Positions 6,852 through 16,001 of a DNA stretch of 24,189 nucleotides are shown piece after piece (positions within the stretch are counted from its first letter, which is position 1; every line of letters begins with the position of its first letter). Source of the DNA: a virus. Lineage: Duplodnaviria; Caudoviricetes. The notes beneath the pieces were generated by a model that was not told where the DNA came from, made no database searches, and was given only the letters and a program-made list of their open reading frames with translations. The translations under genes were made by a program, and so were the position numbers. The stretch spans positions 1 to 24,189 of the IMG/VR virus record IMGVR_UViG_3300049492_000076. One strand, given 5' to 3'.

Positions 6852-7887
6852 CTTTTTCCTTTACCGCTAAAGCCCTGGCGTCAACCATGGTCTTAGCTTT
6901 GTTTTCGGTTAATATTGCCTTAGCAGATTCTTCGATAGGATCTGTCTCGTCTACTCCTAGCTTTTCCATTTCATACTCCTGGTTCAACTTGTTCAATACG
7001 TAATCAACAAAAGCATCAGTATCCTTCTTATCAATTACCCCATGAAAATAGTTGTCATACTTTGATCCAACAAATCCGAAATCAAGCTTGTCTATAGTTG
7101 ATTTAGATGAAGACCAGGGATTCTTCTCCAGCTCCACTATGGACACATTATTATTCTTTTGAGATATGCGTAAAAAGTATTTGCAATCACCATGCAAAGC
7201 CTCACAGTACTTAGGATACGACCAACCAAAGGGTTGGTGTAGTATCGACAATTCTTTTCCTATGAATGTGAGGCATTTACTAGACTTCCTCGCTCTTGAT
7301 ACCCATCCAGAAATAGACTCGTCACACTCAAGTGTTTTAACAATCAGATCCAAATCAAACTCACATCTTGATATCACTTCTATAGTCCTTGCGTAGGACA
7401 TAAGCGATGGAAATGTCTCTTCCATAAACACATACAGCGACTTCATCTTCGTCCCTCTAAAGGGAGAGAAGAACTCCTGAGCATTGGAGCAGAACTTAAC
7501 CAAAGATGACTTATGCATCGTCTTGCTGTTGAATGCTTTTCGGAAAGAGTCGAGGTTCTTCTCTGGTATCTTGCCTTGGTTAAATTTAAAGGCCAGGGAT
7601 GTTAGGCTGTCATTAGCGAACAATACAGACCCATCTATTATCTTCTCGTGTAGTTCCTTATTGAACAGGTTTGATACCTGTGTAACACATGGATCTTTTA
7701 TCAATGGCATTCCAATAAACCTCTTAGACTGGTCAGAGTCACTTATAGACAGCGCCCTTTCCCTCAACTCAGTCTCTGGTGTTAATGGGTTAAAAAATTG
7801 GAATCTCCAAACCTTCGATTTGGTTTGGTTCAGCAACATTGCCGATGCAACTAAAGCATCGGGAGATGTTGTGGAAATAATGAGCAT
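6814..7887 (-). CDS. hypothetical protein, possibly a degenerate DHH-like phosphoesterase fold
   Basis: SD AAAGGGG before ATG 7887; overlaps the RT start by 38 nt. N-terminus IISTTSPDALVASAMLL resembles DHH motif 1, but no DHH triad is visible. Confidence 0.55.
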   Translation of the reverse strand: MLIISTTSPDALVASAMLLNQTKSKVWRFQFFNPLTPETELRERALSISDSDQSKRFIGMPLIKDPCVTQVSNLFNKELHEKIIDGSVLFANDSLTSLAFKFNQGKIPEKNLDSFRKAFNSKTMHKSSLVKFCSNAQEFFSPFRGTKMKSLYVFMEETFPSLMSYARTIEVISRCEFDLDLIVKTLECDESISGWVSRARKSSKCLTFIGKELSILHQPFGWSYPKYCEALHGDCKYFLRISQKNNNVSIVELEKNPWSSSKSTIDKLDFGFVGSKYDNYFHGVIDKKDTDAFVDYVLNKLNQEYEMEKLGVDETDPIEESAKAILTENKAKTMVDARALAVKEKDDKDLRQIEGRG

Positions 7888-7963
7888 TAGCAACCCCTTT
7901 CACCATTGGTTAAATTACCCGTACAATAATGTGATTTCAGGTTTGTTGAAAAACTAACAGGAT

Positions 7964-8452
7964 TTAGTCTTGAGATTCTTGATTTAGTCTTTCGTCAATC
8001 TCGCTTTTGGCCTTATGAACCAACATACCGTTTAGGTATCGTTGGGTGAAAGGTAGCGCAACAACCGCGGCCGCCCTAGCTGCACTGGACCCCGACTGAG
8101 ACATCTCTCTCTCGAAAGCATCCGCAGCCCTCACTGCTGTCGTTATAGTTGATTGAGCATCTATCGGAATCTCTTTCATCAAATCCGGGGCTACGGGAAT
8201 AACCTCTTCTTTCTTTACTCGCTTAAGGAACTTCTCATAGGATTCACGCCGCTTGGGGCTCTCCGTACCATACGGAGTGGCTGCTCGTGCTCTAGCCATG
8301 GGGATAAAATTAGATAGGTCCCCACTGTCATACTCTTCTTCAGCGACCTTAGCTAACTCTGAGGTGAAACCTTTTCTAAAGCATTCCTCTAGGCTAGACC
8401 TAAAGAATGGTGCTGAAGATTGCATTTGGCGTATTGTTTCTAGGTTGTCCAT
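7964..8452 (-). CDS. hypothetical protein (162 aa) with head-targeting-like motif
   Basis: Contains GFTSELAKVA, matching the extended shared motif; TATAAT on the minus strand at about 8491-8496 upstream. Confidence 0.65.
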   Translation of the reverse strand: MDNLETIRQMQSSAPFFRSSLEECFRKGFTSELAKVAEEEYDSGDLSNFIPMARARAATPYGTESPKRRESYEKFLKRVKKEEVIPVAPDLMKEIPIDAQSTITTAVRAADAFEREMSQSGSSAARAAAVVALPFTQRYLNGMLVHKAKSEIDERLNQESQD

Positions 8453-8562
8453 GATATGAAAATAACTAAGATCGACTTACTGTCCGATCGATTATATGCA
8501 CAAGTGCGCAAAAAATCATATACTTTATGAAATATGAGTGGTGACGCCTACACGGTGGTTTA

Positions 8563-9636
8563 ATGGAATGTCCATTTAAGAAGTTTATTCAAGCCCATTA
8601 TTTCGCAGGGCAGCCCGTGCACAACACCATTGGGATATGTGGCATTTACGGGTATTTGACCACAACAGGAGAGGTGTCTAAATACTATGCGGAAATCTCC
8701 GACATCCTTCCGCAGGCCCTTCAGGACTTAATGGCCAATGGCGGTCACTTCGATTCCACCAACGACTCGCACTCGCAATGGCTAAAACACTTCGGCGTAT
8801 TCGAAGTATATGACTACATGTCCAGGCGCAAGATTAAGATGGACGACACCCCAGCCTATTTCAAATGGATAGAGGACATACTCTGGATGAATAAGCTTCC
8901 GGATGTTCAGACCGTGGTCAACATCCTGATGTTCAACGGGGAGCCAGACCATACCATATCCGGAATCATCTCATTCAAGTACAAACGAAAAGTAGGGGTT
9001 GATGCTTTAAGATTACACAGGGAGTTGTTTTGGAACTGCTTAATCCTTGATGCCAAATCGGCATTGTACTACTGCAAAAACTTCCATAGCAGCGCCCTTG
9101 TTATACGACAGATAACATCCGGAACCTGCGTGTTAAATACATCAGAGGAGCTTGAGAAGGCTATTACCAGTATCGCTTCAGGAGATGAGTATGGCGACGA
9201 TGGGAATAATGTCGGTGTTGTTTTTCAGGATCCAGAATACATCAAATGGAAAATAGGAGTACCTGACGCCAAGGTTCCAGACACAAGAGAGTTTCTTGAA
9301 GAGGTTAAGAAGTCATCCATATTCAAATTCCGTGAAGCATCCATGATCTCTCAAAGCATAGAGGTTGAAGAGAAGAAGGGGAATAATGCTGCACTTGGTG
9401 ATTTTAACGAGACTATAACAAAGAAGAGAAATACCGAAGAGCGAAGATCCAGAATGATGAAAGAATATCTGGACATGTTCATTAAGGCCGAGAAGGCAAT
9501 GCCAGAAAAGAAAGATGATACAGAGAACTTCTTCCAGAGATTGGATCAACTTGAAATGAACTTCGGTGGAGAGCGCCTGGCTGTTGCCACGGATCAGAAA
9601 GACCTGTTTGCCGATATAGTTGGCGATGTTAGATGA
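8563..9636 (+). CDS. hypothetical protein, positional candidate for terminase small subunit or packaging factor
   Basis: ATGA stop/start overlap with the large terminase; charged helical C-terminus. Function inferred from position only. Confidence 0.5.
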   Translation: MECPFKKFIQAHYFAGQPVHNTIGICGIYGYLTTTGEVSKYYAEISDILPQALQDLMANGGHFDSTNDSHSQWLKHFGVFEVYDYMSRRKIKMDDTPAYFKWIEDILWMNKLPDVQTVVNILMFNGEPDHTISGIISFKYKRKVGVDALRLHRELFWNCLILDAKSALYYCKNFHSSALVIRQITSGTCVLNTSEELEKAITSIASGDEYGDDGNNVGVVFQDPEYIKWKIGVPDAKVPDTREFLEEVKKSSIFKFREASMISQSIEVEEKKGNNAALGDFNETITKKRNTEERRSRMMKEYLDMFIKAEKAMPEKKDDTENFFQRLDQLEMNFGGERLAVATDQKDLFADIVGDVR

Positions 9637-11288
9637 AAGCTTATAAGCCACACAACTTCGCCCAGGCAATATTCCAATTAAACGGAATGCCTCTTCAGAT
9701 GCCTAAAGAGTCGATGCATCACCTGTGGCCCATCTACGACCAGCCAAGCAGATCGTTATTGCTAAAGTTCGGAAGACAGACTCATAAGTCTTCAACAATG
9801 GGTTATACAATAGCTTTGCCTTGCTTAAGATACAGGCATTACCATTCGCTTTATGTGGCACCAACAGGTAATCAAGTGTCTGTATTCTCAACAGATAAAT
9901 TGAATGGCGCACTCAGAGGGTCCGCAACCATTGACCGTGAGTTTATGGATACGGAGACAAAAGACCAGGTTGGGTACAAAGAATTACGTAATGGCTCCAA
10001 GATGTATTTACGCTCCGCATTCCATACTGCTGATGCCATTCGCGGTATTTCTGCGGACAGTACGAGCATCGATGAGATACAGGATATTATTAGCGATCAC
10101 ATCCCTGTTATCGAACAGTGCATGTCTCATAGCCTAGCTAAATGGGAACACATGCAGAAGACATTCCCGGATTTACCAATGCATCTATTTAACCATAAGA
10201 TGTATGCGGGCACTCCCAAGACTGCCGAGAATACGCTTGAGAGATATTGGAACAAGTCAACTAAAACCGAGTGGATCATTAAATGCCTGGCATGCAATAA
10301 ACACAACTACATCGATGATAAGAATGTTGGTCCAACTTGCTTGATATGCAGAGCTTGTAGTCGCCCTATCTATTATGAGAATGGGCAATGGGTTCGTATG
10401 AATGAGAAGGGTGTGATTGATGGATACAGATTGCCACAGGTTGTTTTGAATTGGGTTAACAATCGCAATCATCCCGAGGTGTGGTTTGAAAACGTAATAA
10501 AACCCAGGCAGTTATACACCGAAGAGAAGTTCTTCAATGAGTGTTTGGCCCTGCCTTATGCTAATGCTAGAAACCCTTTGTCCAGAGCCGAGATGGAGGC
10601 GTGCTGCAAGTCTTACAGATTTGTAGAGCCCGGGCAACTTAATAACGTGACAATGGGCTCTAAGCTTTATGCCGGTATCGACTGGGGCAAAGGTGATATG
10701 GCGCAGGGTACGTCATACTCTCACTTGTGGATTGGTGGATTCTACGGCAATGTGTTCAAGATAGTATTCGCTAAGAAGTACACGGGAAAGATGTCAGATC
10801 CAATTGAACAGATGAAGGATATGATTAACATCATAAATCAGTTCAGAGTTGACATGACCATAGCCGATAGTGGCGACGGTAGAACATCGAATGCATTCAT
10901 GGTTAAAGCCCTTGGGGCAATGCGATTCGCTGAAGTTTATGAGCATGGAACAATGGCTAAAAAAGTTAATTGGAAATCAGACCAAGGCCTCTATCTCATA
11001 AATAGAACATTATACATGACCGATGTGATGATGGAGATCAAGAGGCAGCAGATAGAGTTCCCGTGCGTAGAGGACATGGATTCATTCATCCCTGATTTCA
11101 CCAATATTTACGAAGAGTACAGCGAAGCTACCCGCATGAAGAAGTACGACCATAACCAACCAGATGATGGGTTTCATGCGTACATGTTCTGTAGATTTGC
11201 AGCAGGCCTAAGGCGTGGTGAGTACAATGGATTCTTGATGGAAGCCAAAGCTGACAAGAAGTCGGCCAATGCGCCAATATCAATGTGA
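9633..11288 (+). CDS. terL: terminase large subunit (lambda GpA-like)
   Basis: Walker A-like LKFGRQTHKS, YVAPT, RGISAD..IDEIQD (Walker B), AGTPK coupling motif, CxxC pairs, RNase H-fold nuclease GIDWG...IADSG...PDDGFHA. Confidence 0.9.
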   Translation: MKAYKPHNFAQAIFQLNGMPLQMPKESMHHLWPIYDQPSRSLLLKFGRQTHKSSTMGYTIALPCLRYRHYHSLYVAPTGNQVSVFSTDKLNGALRGSATIDREFMDTETKDQVGYKELRNGSKMYLRSAFHTADAIRGISADSTSIDEIQDIISDHIPVIEQCMSHSLAKWEHMQKTFPDLPMHLFNHKMYAGTPKTAENTLERYWNKSTKTEWIIKCLACNKHNYIDDKNVGPTCLICRACSRPIYYENGQWVRMNEKGVIDGYRLPQVVLNWVNNRNHPEVWFENVIKPRQLYTEEKFFNECLALPYANARNPLSRAEMEACCKSYRFVEPGQLNNVTMGSKLYAGIDWGKGDMAQGTSYSHLWIGGFYGNVFKIVFAKKYTGKMSDPIEQMKDMINIINQFRVDMTIADSGDGRTSNAFMVKALGAMRFAEVYEHGTMAKKVNWKSDQGLYLINRTLYMTDVMMEIKRQQIEFPCVEDMDSFIPDFTNIYEEYSEATRMKKYDHNQPDDGFHAYMFCRFAAGLRRGEYNGFLMEAKADKKSANAPISM

Positions 11289-11292
11289 TAGC

Positions 11293-11329
11293 AAAAAAAA
11301 CCATACACGCTTTCGAGCGTATGGTTTTT
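11293..11329. terminator. bidirectional rho-independent terminator
   Basis: A8-CCAT-ac-ACGCT-TTCG-AGCGT-ATGG-T5 between convergent genes. Confidence 0.85.
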
Positions 11330-11333
11330 GTGT

Positions 11334-11675
11334 TTAGATTCCACCGTATGGTATGTTTCCTGCAGCAGGGGCTTTTGCAGAGACAGGTTCTGCAAAAGCT
11401 TTTGCCAGTTCTTTTTCTAGTTCTCCTGAGTCGGCCTTAATAGAGGTCTCGACCTTAGTGGTCGAGGTCGACTTGCTTGTCAGGGCATTATACTTGTCTT
11501 TAACATAATTCAATAGAACCGGGCTGTCCAATTCAGAACTCAGACCTACCGCCTCGTGGAGGCGATTGGTCCCACGAATAATGGTACTCGCTGTTGCGTA
11601 CCCTGTACCGATAACTAATCCTGTCTTGAATCCCTGTTCGATAGCGTTGATTGCGGAAAACTTTTGCTGAAACAT
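11334..11675 (-). CDS. hypothetical protein (113 aa)
   Basis: SD AAGGAG then ATG at 11675 (MFQQKFSAI...), a better start than the 11789 given in the ORF track; one moderately hydrophobic segment. Confidence 0.7.
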   Translation of the reverse strand: MFQQKFSAINAIEQGFKTGLVIGTGYATASTIIRGTNRLHEAVGLSSELDSPVLLNYVKDKYNALTSKSTSTTKVETSIKADSGELEKELAKAFAEPVSAKAPAAGNIPYGGI

Positions 11676-11759
11676 AGTATCTCCTTCGTGAGTCAAGTAT
11701 TCGAAGCGGTATTGCCCCGAAGCATCCATTGTTAAATGGTTATGGTTGACTCTATATAG

Positions 11760-11789
11760 TTTATACCACAAAATGGCCAAAAATAACAC
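11760..11789 (-). promoter_or_regulatory. sigma70-like extended -10 promoter
   Basis: Minus strand TGTTA-N18-TATAAA with TGG before the -10; same architecture as 12001-12030. Confidence 0.5.
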
Positions 11790-11801
11790 TATTAGGGGGT
11801 A

Positions 11802-11857
11802 TTTAGGCCTATATGGGGGCGTTTAGGCCTATATGGCCATAATAGGCCTATTATGGC
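11802..11857. repeat. three TAGGCCTA palindromes; 15-bp direct repeat and perfect 22-bp palindrome
   Basis: TTTAGGCCTATATGG at 11802-11816 and 11822-11836; GCCATAATAGGCCTATTATGGC at 11836-11857. Confidence 0.9.
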
Positions 11858-11994
11858 AAAAAAGAAGCTCCGTGAACCCCAAAGGGGCCCCGCGGGGGAG
11901 AACCCGCGGGAATCTGCACACACCCCCATAACAAAGTGTGCGCAGACGTGCTCTTTATCAAAGTTGCCATCTTTTACGATAGCTGTTTGATTAC
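11858..11994 (-). ncRNA. candidate structured small RNA
   Basis: Three tandem GC-rich hairpins (11877-11887, 11889-11910, 11913-11946), an imperfect closing stem, an upstream promoter and a terminal U-tract on the minus strand; no ORF. Confidence 0.5.
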
Positions 11995-12000
11995 ATATTA

Positions 12001-12030
12001 GTTATACCATGAATTAACTTATTTTAACAA
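12001..12030 (-). promoter_or_regulatory. sigma70-like promoter upstream of the candidate sRNA
   Basis: Minus strand TTGTTA-N18-TATAAC with TG extension. Confidence 0.55.
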
Positions 12031-12046
12031 CAAAAGGCGAGGTTTC

Positions 12047-12406
12047 ATGCCATTCAAATCTAAAGCACAAATGCGGTTATTTAAAGCCAAAGAGGCCAAT
12101 GGGGAATTGCCAAAAGGCACTTACGACCAATGGTTGAAAGAAACACCCTCAATTGACGCTCTCCCAGAAAAGGTGGCTGAGCTTATGCCCTCGTTCTTCG
12201 ACGAGATGTCCAAACTGGCATCCAAGATACCAATGTCAATAAGCAAGCCTGTTGTAACAAAAAGAAAGTTACCTCACAAAAGATTGATAACCACAGAAGA
12301 GAGAATAGATCAAGCTACCAAGCCTGCTGTTACAGACACGATTATAAATAGAAATAAGAACGTAGCTAGACGGCGAGGGGTGGAAGTATCCCAGGCTTTT
12401 AATTAG
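12047..12406 (+). CDS. hypothetical phage protein (MPFKSKAQ N-terminus) with shared motif
   Basis: SD GAGG; contains SFFDEMSKLA; basic C-terminus. Confidence 0.75.
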   Translation: MPFKSKAQMRLFKAKEANGELPKGTYDQWLKETPSIDALPEKVAELMPSFFDEMSKLASKIPMSISKPVVTKRKLPHKRLITTEERIDQATKPAVTDTIINRNKNVARRRGVEVSQAFN

Positions 12407-12830
12407 GCAGGATTATTCCACCAGGAGATCTGCGCTCCCTCATTGGCATAATCTCATTAGCATAACCCCTGGCATCCACTAGCAATGATTCTTGTTCAAG
12501 AGACACCAAGTCCTCTCCACCGACATGACCGGCAGACTCTTCGAGAATCTCTTTGATTGTCTTGTCGAATACCGCTTCGTACCTAGCCACAGATCGTTGC
12601 AATTCACCGAGTGGGGCCAACCTGAACTCTCGGATTAAATTGGCTTTGGCTGCATCGATAGATCCGGCCATCAGTCTGTTCTTTGTGGGGCTTCTGTTGA
12701 GCATAAACTCAATCATTTGGGATATAGCCGACTTGAAGATAAGTTCAAGAAGCTCGATCTTATCTGTACCTGGCTTTGCCTCGGCCAGCCACTTGGGCAA
12801 ATCTTTAACTAAGTCATTTCCGTCTTGCAT
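12399..12830 (-). CDS. hypothetical protein (about 143 aa)
   Basis: SD AAGGAAAGG before ATG 12830; a promoter-like TTGCGA-N18-TATTTT overlaps the upstream TTG start given in the track. Confidence 0.65.
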   Translation of the reverse strand: MQDGNDLVKDLPKWLAEAKPGTDKIELLELIFKSAISQMIEFMLNRSPTKNRLMAGSIDAAKANLIREFRLAPLGELQRSVARYEAVFDKTIKEILEESAGHVGGEDLVSLEQESLLVDARGYANEIMPMRERRSPGGIILPN

Positions 12831-12965
12831 GGTAAGCGTCACCTTTCCTTTTGCTTTCAAAAATAGTTCCAAACAATCATTGTTCGCAAATCCTTTGTGT
12901 AGAAGGGGTAAATAGAGCTATTTTTAAATTATAGAGAATTTTGTTTACAACAGACGGCGGGGAAT

Positions 12966-13652
12966 ATGATTCCAAAAAGTTTTGGCGACGAACTAATAAA
13001 AACTGCTGGCATGTGGGATGTTCTTGGTAGGATGACAACCAGCACTAGAGCGCGTCGCGCCATGGAAGAACTTCGTGGCGATAGAAAGATTTTTCATGGA
13101 GGACTTGGGGCTTTTGTTGATAGCTTCAGCAATGTGCATGGTAAAGCTCGCGCCGGTTTGGCCGCAAGACAGGGTAAGAAGCTGTTGGACCAGGCCACAA
13201 GCTATTACAATGATGCTAAGGGCGGATTGTCAGGAGTGTTCGATTCATTGAAAGGTGGACATGCCGCCATTAAAGCAAAAGAACGAGAGTTAGGAAGGTC
13301 ATTGTCCTTCGCCGAGAAGTCTCAATTGAATTCCGGTAACATGAAAAGTTTAGGTGAAAGTGCTCGCAAGGTTATGGGTGTGTTTGGTGACAAAAACAGG
13401 AACTTAGAATTTATGGAGCGCGCCGGTAAAGCTAAATCATCCTTTACTAACGCTTTGCATCCCGAAAACACTCTTGTTGGAAAATCAATCAAGGGTGCCA
13501 AGGTCGGAGCGGGTGGACTTGCTGGTGCTGGCGTTATTGGTGCTGGAACGATAGGATACGATGCGGTTACTAGAGATCCTTCCTTGTTGTACAACGCTGG
13601 GATGGGTGGTAATATTCGCAAAGGTGCTGATTTCGCTGGAAGTTGGTATTGA
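12966..13652 (+). CDS. Gly-rich basic protein, putative internal virion protein
   Basis: N-terminal SFGDELIKTAG; C-terminal glycine-zipper GAGGLAGAGVIGAGTIG. Confidence 0.7.
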   Translation: MIPKSFGDELIKTAGMWDVLGRMTTSTRARRAMEELRGDRKIFHGGLGAFVDSFSNVHGKARAGLAARQGKKLLDQATSYYNDAKGGLSGVFDSLKGGHAAIKAKERELGRSLSFAEKSQLNSGNMKSLGESARKVMGVFGDKNRNLEFMERAGKAKSSFTNALHPENTLVGKSIKGAKVGAGGLAGAGVIGAGTIGYDAVTRDPSLLYNAGMGGNIRKGADFAGSWY

Positions 13653-13661
13653 GAGGGCAAA

Positions 13662-14516
13662 ATGACTGACGAGCAAATGATCGAAGTTATAAAGAAATCT
13701 TCTGAACTGGTCGCCAGGGAGTACCTATCCAATGGTACATCTATGAACGACCAGGTAATCCAAATATCCGAAGAGATGGGATTGAATGAGGAGATTATTC
13801 GTAGAATTTGCGAACAGGCAAATCAGGCTGTTTATTTAGCTTTATTCAACAACCCAGAAACCAACAGAAAAGACATCAAGTTCTGTATGGCGGAACCAGA
13901 AGAAATAATAAAGATTTTAACTGAAAGAGAGTCGAGCATGCAAGACTACGACATCGCTCCCACGGACTACAAGTCCGGCCTGGACGTAGCATCTGATAAA
14001 GCACCTTCCGTAAACATGGAAGAAATTATCAATGCGTCGATTCCTCAAATAAAGGTGGCCGCATTGGCTATCGGAAGAAGAGACATTGGTGTTTACCAAG
14101 GCTTCCTATCCAACCTAGAGGGATTGCGATCTGAAGAGATGCGCAATATTGAAAAGTTGGCTGAGCGTGTTCGCCGTGACACGACAATCATGGTATCCAA
14201 TAACGAGTCGATTGCCGACATAGCTAAGCTCGCATGCAGATACGTCAAATCGAAAGGCCTGTCCTTCGACAAGATTGCATCTGTTTACAACGAAATTCAC
14301 GATGAGCTTATCGCTTCCGGGTACAAGGTGAATGATGAGTTCACGAAGATATCCTCCGCTCCGTTGCGCATGGATTCCCCAGTATTCTTCCCTTCATTTG
14401 AGATCGCTCTTGGTTTTGAGAAGATTGCTGCGTTAACGGAAATGATAGCACGGGCTTCTGAAACTCTGTCGGCCTACAAAGAGATAACAGAAAAGGTGGA
14501 GTTGCATCTTGTCTAA
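13662..14516 (+). CDS. hypothetical helical head-region protein
   Basis: SD GAGGG; multiple K-x-A motifs (IKVAA, EKLAE, AKLAC, DKIAS, EKIAA). Confidence 0.7.
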   Translation: MTDEQMIEVIKKSSELVAREYLSNGTSMNDQVIQISEEMGLNEEIIRRICEQANQAVYLALFNNPETNRKDIKFCMAEPEEIIKILTERESSMQDYDIAPTDYKSGLDVASDKAPSVNMEEIINASIPQIKVAALAIGRRDIGVYQGFLSNLEGLRSEEMRNIEKLAERVRRDTTIMVSNNESIADIAKLACRYVKSKGLSFDKIASVYNEIHDELIASGYKVNDEFTKISSAPLRMDSPVFFPSFEIALGFEKIAALTEMIARASETLSAYKEITEKVELHLV

Positions 14517-14850
14517 ACCCAAATCAATCCTGCAATCTTTCATAAAAGAAGCAGGGGTGCTTTCGGCTACCTCTGATTTTGCTGGCAATGTTGCCGGCTC
14601 AATTGCAAGAGGTGCTTTACCTGTCGATAAGACTGCTCCAATCGGAGAAAAATTGATTGGTCTTGGTGTGAAGGGTGCTTTGGGTTATGGGACTTATAAG
14701 GGCCTCAGGTCCATAGCAGCAAAGCCCCCAACTCCTTTGGACTACACTTTCATGCAGCGCAACAGGCTACTTGCTGGGGAGATAAAACCCGAAGAAATTG
14801 CTGGCGATGAGCTAGCAAAAATTAAGAGATTAGGGATGAAGTATGAGTAG
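14509..14850 (+). CDS. small putative virion protein
   Basis: SD GGAG with TTG start, overlapping the previous gene; SFIKEAG motif; Gly-rich hydrophobic segment. Confidence 0.65.
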   Translation: MSKPKSILQSFIKEAGVLSATSDFAGNVAGSIARGALPVDKTAPIGEKLIGLGVKGALGYGTYKGLRSIAAKPPTPLDYTFMQRNRLLAGEIKPEEIAGDELAKIKRLGMKYE

Positions 14851-15091
14851 CTCCCTGAGGTCTTTTGGCGAAGAAATGAACAAGCTGGCATTCGGGCCTT
14901 TGCTGAACGCTGGGTTTAATGCACTCGGTGCAGTATCTGCGGTGAATGAGGGTAAGGCAAAGATGAAGGATGCTTTTAAAGCACCATCATCCGGAAATCT
15001 CCCTCTTCCCCATTGGAGTCAATTTGGGTATGGTCGCGGAAAAGTATTTCGCGGATCGAATCAACTATTTAGGACAAGGATCCCACTATGA
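14843..15091 (+). CDS. small putative virion protein
   Basis: Coupled start; N-terminal SFGEEMNKLA. Confidence 0.65.
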   Translation: MSSSLRSFGEEMNKLAFGPLLNAGFNALGAVSAVNEGKAKMKDAFKAPSSGNLPLPHWSQFGYGRGKVFRGSNQLFRTRIPL

Positions 15092-15732
15092 GTATTGAAG
15101 TTGGTAAAGTGAAAGATGCGGCACAAAGACTTCTCTACAAAGGCGAAATTACGCAGGAAGAGTTTGATTCTCTTGAGAAAGAGGCTGGTGCCGGTACTGT
15201 TCTAGGGTCTATAGGTGCAGGTCTATTAGGAGCGGCAGTCGCATCAAAACCAGTAGCAAACCTCGGGGCCGCCGCATTCAAAGCGGTACTCCCAAGCGGT
15301 CTCGCTCAGATAGCCTTCCCAAGAACAACCGGAATTATAGAAATGTTAGGCAAAGCGGCCATACCAACTGCGGTTGGATTAGGTTTGGCTGCCGCCGGAG
15401 CAAAAGGCTACGACTACCTAAAGCAGAAGATTGAAGTTTCTAGGACACAAAATCAGGTGCTGTCAGACCCAATGTTTGCCGACAAAGACCAAGATCAAGT
15501 CAAAAACTATTTTGATGTAGTGAAAGACTTCGCGCCAACCGCGGCATCAAACCCACTCGTAGCATCAGCGCTCGTAAATAAGATGATGAACTTCGGTGGA
15601 GTTGATCACAAGTTGGTTCAAGATTTGAGAAACATAGAAGATACCAAAAAAGAATACCTTGCCGATCAATTCACATCAGAAGCCATCAAATCATTAATGA
15701 AATCTGTTGTAGTTGGAAGTGGTGATGTCTAA
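15088..15732 (+). CDS. putative virion protein with Gly/Ala hydrophobic segments
   Basis: ATGA overlap; FDSLEKEAG followed by GAGTVLGSIGAGLLGAAVA and a second hydrophobic helix. Confidence 0.7.
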   Translation: MSIEVGKVKDAAQRLLYKGEITQEEFDSLEKEAGAGTVLGSIGAGLLGAAVASKPVANLGAAAFKAVLPSGLAQIAFPRTTGIIEMLGKAAIPTAVGLGLAAAGAKGYDYLKQKIEVSRTQNQVLSDPMFADKDQDQVKNYFDVVKDFAPTAASNPLVASALVNKMMNFGGVDHKLVQDLRNIEDTKKEYLADQFTSEAIKSLMKSVVVGSGDV

Positions 15733-15998
15733 TGTCGAAAGCATTTGACTCGGTTGCTGGAAAGATACTATCCTTTCCGTATCGTTATCCAAGAACAACT
15801 CTGGGTGTAATTGGTGGGGCTATTTTAGCAAAGGCTTTGTCAAATGTATCCAACATAGCTGCGGCTGGAAGCAGCATAGTTACCGCATCTCAGAATCAAC
15901 AGCAGAGCGAACTTCTCAGACAGCTTGTTAACAATACCAATCCTTCGGAGCAAATCGTAGGAACTCCAATAAACATGTCAGAATTGATGGGTGGTTAG
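15732..15998 (+). CDS. small protein with one hydrophobic helix
   Basis: TAATG overlap; TLGVIGGAILAKAL segment. Confidence 0.65.
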   Translation: MSKAFDSVAGKILSFPYRYPRTTLGVIGGAILAKALSNVSNIAAAGSSIVTASQNQQQSELLRQLVNNTNPSEQIVGTPINMSELMGG

Positions 15999-16001
15999 GG
16001 T

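Noticed and set aside
11802-11857. Mini CRISPR array
   Set aside because: Repeats are 8-15 bp with about 5-bp gaps, far too short, and no cas genes are present.
11865-11955. tRNA or tmRNA gene
   Set aside because: No T-loop TTCGA, D-loop, 7-nt anticodon loop or CCA end in a cloverleaf arrangement.
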